From positions 3,069,344-3,133,343 of the forward strand of contig CM082584.2 of NCBI GenBank assembly GCA_040954595.2: a stretch of DNA of 64,000 bases. The letters run 5' to 3'. Below are positions 52,956 to 64,000 of the stretch, piece after piece. The notes beneath the pieces are model-generated. The model saw only the letters and a list, made by a program, of their open reading frames with translations. It was not told the DNA's origin and ran no database searches. Within the stretch, counting starts at the first letter, position 1. Each line of letters begins with the position of its first letter. Source of the DNA: Balanoglossus misakiensis (taxonomy: Eukaryota > Animalia > Hemichordata). The translations under genes were made by a program, and so were the position numbers.

Positions 52956-55761
52956 TCATAATTTCCTGCCTCTTCTTCTCATGGCTGCTGTGCATTGTGG
53001 ACAATACCATTTACCCTTCGGCGCTTCTGATAGTCCAACACAGCCATAGTGGAACCACTCTCCATTGGGACACTGGAAGATGGGATATGGAGAAACTTAT
53101 TGATATTACCAAGGTGGAGATATGGCAGTATACTGCATTACACTGCACTAACATTACCATATTGTATAGTCATGAAGATCCAGAAGACAACATTGACACC
53201 CCAGATACTGTATGCACCCTTCCAGATAAGTGTGCAGTGTACACTGACATGTATAAGACCTGTTTACAAGATGGGGCACACTGACACTTACACACTAATA
53301 CATACGAACTTACTGACATCACTGCTGTCACACACCCAGAAATTTGCTCCACAAACCAAATTCATCATGATCACCGGACAGACAGCTAAAGACACACACA
53401 CACATTTACTTACATCGTCATTGTCACAGCCAACCATTTCACCATAGGAGACTTGATTACAGACACAGTATCTTGGTTCATTGGGATCAAACGTCCAATC
53501 TGGTTCTACAGCTGCACTTTCGACAACCGCTTCTGGGACAACCTCAGGTGGGGGTGGTGCTGGTTCAGTCTTGTAAGATGCTGTACTACTTCTTGAAGTT
53601 TGTCTGGAAGAATCATAATGATAGTATACTGTATGATGAATTTGACTTTTTACTTGGGTAAAAATCTGCCAAATGTAATACAGGAGCATAACATGTGAAT
53701 ACCAGTACAACACAATTTACTGACCAAAAATTAAATGATCGAAGTATTCATGAGTTATGCCACAGTCTTGAGTGACCATGGGTAAGCCAACATACAGGGC
53801 ACTAGTCGAGCTTGTCGTGTAGCATGTTTCACTAAAAATAAATTATGTCAAAGAGAAACTAAAATAATCAAAATAAACCCCAAAGTGAGCAACTTTTGCC
53901 CCTGTAAAGCTCCAGGATTTTGCAAGAGCGTTGACCTTCCAGGGTTGGCAGGTGTACTCACTTTTTATTACTTCTCTGTGACCTTGAATCTGTAGATTTG
54001 GTCTCAGCAGCAACAGCAGGAGAGGCAGTGGTAGCTGTGGGGGCGTTGTACGTCCCTGTGTAACCGGACATTTGAGACAAATCAGCGCCGCTTCGGCTTC
54101 ACTGGCAAAGTTGGACAACACTTTCTCTGGTTTGGCTTTCTTCTCTATGTGGTTTTCAATGGCAGTGTATTTCCTTTCTGTAGGTGAAGACAAACGTGTA
54201 AAATGTTCTCATCACTGTGTCATTTTGCCAGAGCAAAGTTTAACACAGGTTGGATTAAATTCAACAATGCTATTCCAATGGGATTTACTCAAAGAGTACA
54301 TTTGCTCCAGGTGTGAACTAGTGATTATTGATGTGACAAGAATTAAAACATTTCTGTATCAAAACTGAGTTACACTTACTTTCTCTGTGACGATGATTCT
54401 GTTGCACAGGGGCGTCAAGCTCTAGTGATCCTATACGAAATGAATCAAAATCAATCAAAACATTTACAACAGTGTCGAAGAAGAAAATCCCCACTGCCAC
54501 ATGTATCATGCAATCAACTACAGATATTCACAAGTTGCTTCACATATTGGAATGTTCTGTACCATCAACTCACTATTTCCTTCAGTACACACACACAGGA
54601 AATTCACAACAAAACATGCAGGTGCCCAAGGATGACCACTGAATAAAAATACTTTTGTGTTAGTGAACTTTTTTTTTCATAATGTATTTAAACTGACTCT
54701 TGGAAAACAGTATCTTACTTCTTTCTAGTATTTCAGTAACACCTGCATTGTCGGCTTCTAGTTCCATTTTGAATTTGTTAAGCTCTTGGTCAAGTTTACG
54801 AAGATGTCTATCAACCTGAAAGAGAAGTAGAACTTAGTGCAAAGACTTTTGTATATTTGATGACATCATTCAGGCAAACTCAGCTATGTGTGCAACATGC
54901 AGACAATCACATATGTTGCAACAGGGGCTTTAATAAGCCACCATGTATTGTTAATAAGCATGAATAATCTTTTACTTTAAATTAAACTTAAACAATTAAT
55001 AAAAGTGGGAATTCATCAAATTTCCCCCCTTACATTAACTACAGATTCAAATCGTCAAAAAAGATCTAATTTCATTGTTTAGGGCATTGCAGCTTTAATT
55101 TATCTTTCACTTCAAGGCCAAACAATATAATATAATGTACGCTGCATAAATTATGCAAATTGTCTTACCAAGTCATAGATTTGGTTTGCAAGTTGTACTT
55201 TTTCGTCGGCATCTTCAAGCGCTTTGTAATAGTCCTAAGAAAATGAAGTAGGGAGGTGATGATGAAATAACGTCAGTGCATATCCTAATATAAAGAAAAA
55301 TGCGTTTAACAATGCCAATATAATTTTGTGAGACAATGAAGTGATACTCACTTTTCTAATTTTCTCGTATTCCTGGTCTCGCTGTTCTGGTTTCATTTTC
55401 TTGCCGTTATTGAAGAAATTCTTCACTCGCACATCCAAGTTGTCCATTGCATCTGCAAGGCAAATTCATTTTTTTCAGTAAAGGCAAAAGAGAATACAAT
55501 GAAAAGAACGCAAAGTCGACATGTCAAACAGGCATGAAATCCTTACTTTGGACTTGCAAATCCATTTCGCGTATTTCCGTGAACCTCTCTCGGAGATCCA
55601 TCGGCAGCTGTTCGATCACTGTGAAAAGATATAGGAATACGGCAGTTACAATCAGTATTTGGGACTAAACAACCCCCTAGTACAAAACAAGGATCTTTCA
55701 ATGTTGTATGGATGTCAGGAAACACACACTTACTTTCCAAATAGTCTTCTAAGTACAACAT
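52956..55761 (-). CDS. ING3: Inhibitor of growth protein 3 (NuA4/TIP60 PHD protein), frame-disrupted as assembled
   Basis: Exons (minus): 55761-55734 (MLYLEDYLE), 55618-55547 ([23 protein letters not shown]), 55452-55352, 55234-55169 ([22 protein letters not shown]), 54815-54719 ([20 protein letters not shown]), 54430-54380, 54177-53962 (internal frameshift), 53603-53414 ([29 protein letters not shown]), 53072-52956 ([27 protein letters not shown]). Confidence 0.93.
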
Positions 55762-56764
55762 TTTGGTATGTTTTGAGGCGTTTTAAGCAAATCAATATGG
55801 TCGAAATCGGCATCCACAGCCTTTCTTCTTTCACAAAGTATGATACAGTGTTCCTGATTGGCTAATGCCACTGACGAGCACCACCGTCTATCCCGTGGGT
55901 TTGACACTAAAAACTACCTATGAACGAAATCATAGTAATAAAAGAGCTTATGAATTTAAATTAACCTTTGCAAAAGTTTTATTACAATCAGAAACACACA
56001 GGTATCGTGTTAGTAAAAAATATCGATAAACGAATCACGTTATTCGTTACGGCCGGTCATTCAACACAGTGTCCACCATCTTGAAACAGCCTCGTTATCG
56101 CCTTGGATCGAGTATTATTAACTTTTTGCCGGTGAGGGCGTGCATGCTGGGAAACGCATGGACTGGTACAATATGTACATGTACAATGGTGTCGTTTAGA
56201 TGGTCTCAAGAATTACGACAAAGGTTATCTAATGAATTATCATTACCATTTATTTTTAAACTTCATGAGCGCGAATACAAAAAATATAAAAGTTCGCCTT
56301 TGTGAAGTAGGATCAGTCAAATTACGTGAAAACACACCAGTATTTAAAGACCACATCGCTTTCGTGACGGTGCCAAGGTTGCCGGGCCCTTTCTTTAGCA
56401 GACTGCTGCCATCTGGGAAGAATGAGCCATTTATATTGAGCTGCCAATAGCTCTTTACCTGCACCTTCCCGTCCACTTTGCATGTGTATGCATCAGCGGG
56501 CGTGTCATCAAGTTGCCGCAGCGTTCTACCAGAGCAAAGGGTCATGTTTCCGGGTTGACTCGGACACTTTCGCGTAAACACGCAGACATACCATCAGCCG
56601 TGAGTCGGGTCTACTTGTCTGGATTACTTGAGCTGCGCATTTTAAACTTAAAGTGTATCCGTCGCATTTATCCGCGAAAGTAGTTTACACTTGGTCGTGA
56701 TTCGCACCAACTTGTACAGGATGAAAAGGGGACGTTTCTGACGCATAGAACCGATAATACGACC
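55762..56764. promoter_or_regulatory. Candidate bidirectional promoter between ING3 and the death-domain gene
   Basis: About 1 kb between divergent ATGs; CCAAT box (attgg on + at 55857-55861) about 95 bp upstream of the ING3 ATG. Confidence 0.4.
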
Positions 56765-57118
56765 ATGCTTTTAGCACGACGCAACAAACGTCGCTCGGCA
56801 ATGCTGGGCGCCTTCCGACTCAGTGAATCGTTTCTGAGCATCGGCGACTGCTGGCTGACCGAGCTATCCAACATCCTCTGGGCAGATACGCTTTTCTATC
56901 GGTGGCAGAATCTCGCTGACAAGTTGGGATTTTCTCGCGATGAAATCGACGAATTTGAAAGATCAAGCGGAAGCATTAATGGGGTCAATCCGGTTTACCA
57001 GATGTTTCTCCGCTGGGGGAAAATGGAGGGAGCAACTTTCCGGGTAATGAGGGAAAAACTGAAAGAACTTGAGAGGCTGGACGTGCTTATGATGCTTGAA
57101 GAAGCCATAAAAGGTTAG
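56765..57118 (+). CDS. Death-domain protein (MyD88/IRAK-like death-fold pattern)
   Basis: 117-aa ORF with death-domain spacing: WQNLADKLGFSRDEIDEFE..NPVYQMFLRW..GATFRVMREKLKELERLDVLMML. It ends at a possible donor (aaag/gttagt), so more exons cannot be excluded. Confidence 0.75.
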   Translation: MLLARRNKRRSAMLGAFRLSESFLSIGDCWLTELSNILWADTLFYRWQNLADKLGFSRDEIDEFERSSGSINGVNPVYQMFLRWGKMEGATFRVMREKLKELERLDVLMMLEEAIKG

Positions 57119-57564
57119 TAGTCAGTGAAGTGGAATCTATATTTGTCAAGTCCAATGACTGATCTCTAGGCCGGATCTGGCCAAGCCTACTGACCCATCG
57201 ACCTCATGACTTCGTGTACATTACATGCAGTGAACGCTTTAATTTCAGTTGTTGAATAAAAACATGCAGACAACTCGCGTTCACGGCAGTGATCTGCCAG
57301 TCAACAATGATCAGGTCACTGAAGCGCCCAAAACGAGATTAATAATTTTCCAAAACCTTGAATGTGCAAAGCGAATAATATATTTGCAGCTGATAGAACA
57401 AAAAGTGTCTCTCTACTTGCAGGGGAATTTCAACTTGAGGTTCAAATTTGGACGGGACAGGGCGCTCACGATTTCACGGTGCACTCATCAAAGGATTCCA
57501 TTTTGGCAGAAGTTCTTCTGATTCGCTAGTACCATGCAAGATGTTGCTTCATGTGATTGGCTAA

Positions 57565-59603
57565 AGGCCGAGTTACACCACGGGCGTCATGGAACAATAA
57601 AGTGTATAGATATTAATAAACTTAGCATAAACGCGACGTCCTCAACGAACAAAGAATACAATATTTCGTGGGTTTGTTTGGTGTGGACGAGAACGGCAAT
57701 AAAGCTGGGTCAGTGTTAACTTTATGTGCAAAACCACACCGCATAGGCACCGATCTCGTCTTGAGCAGTAAAGGCGATGTCTACGCATGCGTGCGCGCCC
57801 GCAACTGATCTGCACTGTGTACGTACGTGAGTACACATATATACAGGGTATGAAACGAATTTTCAGCCCACCGCCATTTGGCAACTATTACGAAGAGAAT
57901 CGCTACCAAATCAGAGTATGCGTTTTAGATGACAGAGAAACCTAATGTCTGGCTATTCATGTTTCAAAAGTCGGTCGAACATTCGAGATATTATCGATCG
58001 AAAAGTGTCACTCGTCCTGGGGACGTGCGTTACCGACGTAAAATGGCGTTTGGGCGATGTCGCAAATTTCTCTCTGAAAGGTATACATAGGACATACTGT
58101 TTCATGAAAAAAAAATCATAGCAAATATAACAGTGATGCACATGAACAACGTCCACCATGACTGGGAGGAGCTGAGCTGAGAGGCAATTTTATACCCTGT
58201 ATATTTTGTACTATAGGTTAGATAAGTCGCGGGCGCGCACGCACGCGTACACATCCCTTTACTGCTCAGGACGAGATCGCACATAAAGTACGGTGCCTAG
58301 TGTATTGGGGAATAAGTATTTGCTATGAAATCGATATTTGTATGTATTTATAGTTCAATATTTCCATATAAACTCACGTTTTGTTAAAGAAACTTTCAAC
58401 TAATTATCTTGCCAGTGATGATATGAAAACAAACTACTATTCAGTTTCGCGAAAATGGTTATGATGATTGACTCGACATTGATTGCATTTCTGATTTTTG
58501 GGGTACCGCAACCAAATATCGTAACCGAATTTCAGAATAAGAAAACGCCAGCTTATGATTATCGCCCACAGTTCAAGAGTTCTTACACAGTCAGTGTACA
58601 TCATATATCTTTTTTGGGCAAAACACGTGTCTATTTCGCCGGGTCATATCAACTTATATAAATACAAATATAGTTCTATTTGTATAATTTTACATACAAA
58701 CAAATCTTTCAATCAATATATTTCTTCTTAAAAATATACTTCGTTATTCTACGATGAAAAGTCTCACTTGCTTTGTTATTACTTTCACTGTATTTCGAAA
58801 CACGAATTTTGTATATTATCTATAACGTTATTTTTCACACATTTATATGATGTGCAGTTTGATAATTCAGGAATCTTAATGTTAAATTGCGCAACTTTCT
58901 TCAATTTCCCCATAATCTACTCCCCTGTCTTACAAGGATTTAAACTCGCCGGTTGATCTTTTATAAAAATAATAATACCTGGTTTCAACTACATTTTAAA
59001 TAAAATTAAATTAAACTTAAGTTACTCCTGTTCTATTAAAAAATATTAAGTAACGTTTAAATTTTGTCTAATTTGGTATCACGATTAAAAAATCCGTATT
59101 CATCAATTAAATTAAGCACCCAAGCTATTTTTTTTTCCTTTTAATACTGATATAGACTTGCATATCACCTGCTAACTGAGAACAAAAAATGTTTGTATTG
59201 ATGAGGATACTGTTGAAGTGCGATACTAGTTAGTTTATTATGTCAATAGTAATACATGTTGGAGAAAGTATCGTATTGTATGCAGTTGAAATTCGCAAAC
59301 TTTTTTTGTTGTTTTTTCAAGAAAAAATACTCGGTCAGATGACCAGGATGATCAGCTAAATGACAAGAATAATATATGCATGCTGTTGCCAGAATAACCA
59401 CCAAATATTTATGCATAATATCGAATAAAGATTGAATTGTCGATCGGCTACTGAGGCGGCTGCACATGCGCAGCCACTGTTTACGCGCAGCTAGTTGCCA
59501 GTCGAGTCGCCCCGTGTAACTGTTCGTTGTAGCGTCGCGACTGGCGTTGCGCGTCTAGTTGCCTACCGAGTTGCCTGCCGAGTTGCCTCGTGTAACTCGG
59601 CCT
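57565..59603. mobile_element. Harbinger-type non-autonomous element
   Basis: TAA|aggccgagttacac ... gtgtaactcggcct|TAA (14-bp TIR); agttgcct subterminal repeats only at the right end, so pairing of the two ends is not certain. Confidence 0.55.
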
Positions 59604-62600
59604 TAAGAAAGTTGTCAGATAGACTCTGTAGATCGACTGTTTGTTCTAAAATATCCATGGTTGCTTCCAAACGCCGTCTTGTTATTTGCATATTCCGTTG
59701 TGATGCGTAGAACACACAGGTCCGAGCGAATAAGAAAGTTGTCCGATAGACTCTGTAGATCGACTGTTTGTTCTAAAATATCCATGGTTGCTTCAAACGC
59801 CGTCTTGCTATTTACATATTACGTTGTGATGCGTAGAACACACTGGCCCGAGGGAATAAGAAAGTTTTCGGGTAGACTTTGTAGATCGACTGTTTGTTCT
59901 AAAATATCCATGGTTGCTTCCAAACACTGTCTTGTTATTTGCATATTCCGTTGTGATGCGTAGAACACACAGGCCCGAGCGAATAAGAAAGTTGTCAGAT
60001 AGACTCTGTAGATCGACTGTTTGTTCTAAAATATCCATGGTTGCTTCAAACGCCGTCTTGCCATTTACATATTACGTTGTGATGCGTAGAACACACTGGC
60101 CCGAGGGAATAAGAAAGTTGTCCGATAGACTCTGTAGATCGACGGTTTGTTCTGAAGTTTCCATGGAGGCTTCCAAACACCGTCTCGTTATTTGCATATT
60201 CCGTTGTGATGCGTAGAACACACAGGTCCGAGCGAATAAGAAAGTTTTCTGGTGGACTCTGTAGATCGACGGTTTGTTCTAAAATATCCATGGAGGCTTC
60301 CAAACACCGTCTCGTTATTTGCATATTCCGTTGTGATGCGTAGAACACACTGGCCCGAGCGAATAAGAAAGTTTTCCGGTAGACTGTGTAGGTCGACTGT
60401 TTGTTCTAAAATATCCATGGTTGCTTCAAACGCCGTCTTGCTATTTACATATTACGTTGTGATGCGTAGAACACACTGGCCCGAGGGAATAAGAAAGTTT
60501 TCGGGTAGACTTTGTAGATCGACTGTTTGTTCTAAAATATCCATGGTTGCTTCCAAACACTGTCTTGTTATTTGCATATTCCGTTGTGATGCGTAGAACA
60601 CACAGGTCCGAGCGAATAAGAAAGTTGTCCGATAGACTCTGTAGATCGACTGTTTGTTCTGAAGTTTCCATGGAGGCTTCCAAACACCGTCTCGTTATTT
60701 GCATATTCCGTTGTGATGCGTAGAACACACAGGTCCGAGCGAATAAGAAAGTTTTCCGGTGGACTCTGTAGATCGACGGTTTGTTCTAAAATATCCATGG
60801 AGGCTTCCAAACACCGTCTCGTTATTTGCATATTCCGTTGTGATGCGTATAACACACAGGTCCGAGCGAATAAGAAAGTTTTTCGGTAGACTCTGTAGAT
60901 CGACTGTTTGTTCTAAAATATCCATGGTTGCTTCCAAACGCCGTCTTGTTATTTGCATATTCCGTTGTGATGCGTAGAACACACAGGTCCGAGCGAATAA
61001 GAAAGTTGTCCGATAGACTCTGTAGATCGACTGTTTGTTCTAAAATATCCATGGTTGCTTCAAACGCCGTCTTGCTATTTACATATTACGTTGTGATGCG
61101 TAGAACACACTGGCCCGAGGGAATAAGAAAGTTTTCGGGTAGACTTTGTAGATCGACTGTTTGTTCTAAAATATCCATGGTTGCTTCCAAACACTGTCTT
61201 GTTATTTGCATATTCCGTTGTGATGCGTAGAGCACACAGGCCCGAGCGAATAAGAAAGTTGTCAGATAGACTCTGTAGATCGACTGTTTGTTCTAAAATA
61301 TCCATGGTTGCTTCAAACACCGTCTTGCTATTTACATATTACGTTGTGATGCGTAGAACACATTGGCCCGAGCGAATAAGAAAGTTTTTCGGTAGACTCT
61401 GTAGATCGACTGTTTGTTCTAAAATATCCATGGTTGCTTCCAAACGCCGTCTTGTTATTTGCATATTCCGTTGTGATGCGTAGAACACACAGGTCCGAGC
61501 GAATAAGAAAGTTGTCCGATATACTCTGTAGATCGACTGTTTGTTCTAAAATATCCATGGTTGCTTCAAACGCCGTCTTGCTATTTACATATTACGTTGT
61601 GATGCGTAGAACACACTGGCCCGAGGGAATAAGAAAGTTTTCGGGTAGACTCTATAGATCGACTGTTTGTTCTAAAATATCCATGGTTGCTTCCAAACAC
61701 TGTCTTGTTATTTGCATATTCCGTTGTGATACGTAGAACACACAGGCCCGAGCGAATAAGAAAATTTTCCGATAGACTTTGTAGATCAACTGTTTGTTCT
61801 AAAATATCCATGGTTGCTTCAAACGCCGTCTTGCTATTTACATATTACGTTGTGATGCGTAGAACACACAGGCCCGAGCGAATAAGAAAGTTTTTCGGTA
61901 GACTCTGTAGATGACTGTTTGTTCTAAAATATCCATGGTTGCTTCCAAACGCCGTCTTGTTATTTGCATATTCCGTTGTGATGCGTAGAACACACAGGCC
62001 CGAGCGAATAAGAAAGTTTTTCGGTAGACTCTGTAGATCGACTGTTTGTTCTAAAATATCCATGGTTGCTTCAAACGCCGTCTTGTTATTTGCATATTCC
62101 GTTGTGATGCGTAGAACACACAGGCCCGAGCGAATAAGAAAATTGTCCGATAGACTCTGTAGATCGACTGTTTGTTCTAAAATATCCATGGTTGCTTCCA
62201 AACGCCGTCTTGCTATTTACATATTACGTTGTGATGCGTAGAACACACTGGCCCGAGGGAATAAGAAAGTTGTCCGATAGACTCTGTAGATCGACTGTTT
62301 GTTCTAAAATATCCATGGTTGCTTCAAACGCCGTCTTGTTATTTGCATATTCCGTTGTGATGCGTAGAACACACAGGTCCGAGCGAATAAGAAAGTTGTC
62401 CGATAGACTCTGTTGATCGACTGTTTGTTCTAAAATATCCATGGTTGCTTCAAACGCCGTCTTGCTATTTACATATTACGTTGTGATGCGTAGAACACAC
62501 TGGCCCGAGGGAATATGAAAGTTTTCGGGTAGACTCTGTAGATGGACTGTTTGTTCTAAAATATCCATGGTTGCTTCAAACGCCGTCTTGCTACTTACAT

Positions 62601-62643
62601 ATTCCGTTGTGATGCATAGAACACATAGGTCCGAGCGAATAAG
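59604..62643. repeat. Tandem satellite, 24 monomers of 126/127 bp
   Basis: Monomer taagaaagttgtccgatagactctgtagatcgactgtttgttctaaaatatccatggttgcttc(c)aaacgccgtcttg..gtgatgcgtagaacacacaggtccgagcgaa starts at 59604, 59731, 59857, 59984, 60110 and so on; the 24th ends near 62640. Confidence 0.97.
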
Positions 62644-64000
62644 TCGATGTCAACTGAGTGTGAACGAGCTGTTTCGCATCGTGTCGTCTGCTCAGTTTTC
62701 GTGACTGAAACGACAGGAATAATACCCCAGTTGGCCTTTAAATTGTACATATCGTGAGATTTGAGCGCCATAGAAACCACAGATATCATGGAACAGGAAG
62801 GTAATATCGTTAAAATCTTTGTTTTTAATCAAAATATTGACCTCTGAGTTCTGCTAATTTGTGCCGGTGCCAAACGGGCGCGATGTTACACTGCAGCCAA
62901 ATATAGAATCGGAGTTCTGAAGAAATGCTATTACGATACTTCGTGTCATTATTTTCGGAAATTTTATTGTTTTCTCAGACAAGGTGACAGAACACAGACT
63001 CAAGGCATCTCGCGCTTCCGTCTTCAATGTTGAATTTGATATTTTGACTGTATTTGCGTGAAAGCTTACGGGTCTTCGCATTCATCAGAAGCTATCGTGC
63101 GTCGCTGAGATTTGATTCTTCATAAACAAAAATCATTTCATAACCATACCAAATAAAGCATTTCCAGAAATTTTGAAATGTGTAGACTTTTCTGCTATAG
63201 TTGTCTATAGATTTAGTGTTGAAGTCACGCTGAACTGCCAAAATTTAACACAGACTCCCCGACAACATTTCAGACCATTTCATAAAGCACAGGGGCGAAT
63301 ATAAGTCGAAAATTTGCATTTAATCGCAAAGTTATCGTCTTCGTGTCGATTTAATACGTTTTCGTGCCGACGAGTACCACCCGGGTATCCATATAACTAA
63401 AGTACAAGGCAACAAATGAGAACCAAGGATTGATAACTGTACCCTGAAGCTCTAGAGATCACAAGTACCACAATGTATTCAAAAGTTTTTGATGCAATTA
63501 TTATTTTTTACGTACGTTGACAACCGTTTTCATCAAAGGTGACTGACAATTTCTTTTTGTTACGAAAATTCCAGCCTCTAAAGGCTAGAGGTTTTCGTAA
63601 CTGCGAACACACATCCCTGCCACACATTGCCGACACTTATTCAAAACGGACGACTAAAACCGCAAAATTCACGCGTCGCTACGTATACACATACGCGAAC
63701 GCCACTGCCAGCCGTCAGACGTACGTACGCGTATTTACGTGTAACTAAACCTCTCTTATACTGCGCGCGATACCATTCATATCCAGGAAATACTACAATT
63801 AATCAGGGACGCACATGAAATACAACACATTACAAAACATAATGTGCGAAGCCATGTTGATAATTTCATCCACAAACAATTTCAAGACAGATAAAGAGGT
63901 GTGAAACGCTGGGGTCGAAATGGTCAGGGGTCGAAGTGACCTGTTACCGATAAGGACATTTACGGTACGCTTCGGAATACGCATACGAAATGGAATCCGC

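Noticed and set aside
59604-62643. Possible CRISPR array or repeat-encoded proteins (many ~100-aa ORFs)
   Set aside because: No unique spacers and a eukaryotic context; the ORFs are translations of satellite monomers on both strands.

Overview
AT-rich, intron-containing animal genomic DNA; the repeat families suggest a marine invertebrate, but that is inference. On the + strand: six internal exons of POLR3C (1-12943, no 3' half found), a C-terminally truncated YOD1/OTU1 ORF (13418-14086) and an 8-exon NUDT5 (14305-16821). A long gene-poor stretch holds a single-exon class A GPCR CDS with a very long third intracellular loop (38261-40288). ING3 lies on the - strand (52956-55761) with an apparent internal deletion and frameshift, head-to-head with a death-domain ORF (56765-57118). 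A 24-copy 126/127-bp satellite occupies 59604-62643. The most notable features are: (i) all four conserved housekeeping genes look damaged as assembled, with an in-frame POLR3C-to-NUDT5 splice possible; (ii) three sequence-unrelated hairpin elements share an architecture in which an internal site mirrors the joined ends, resembling DIRS/Crypton substrates; (iii) a five-layer nest of non-autonomous DNA transposons sits in one POLR3C intron. Exon boundaries were read by eye and homologies recalled from memory; no searches were run.
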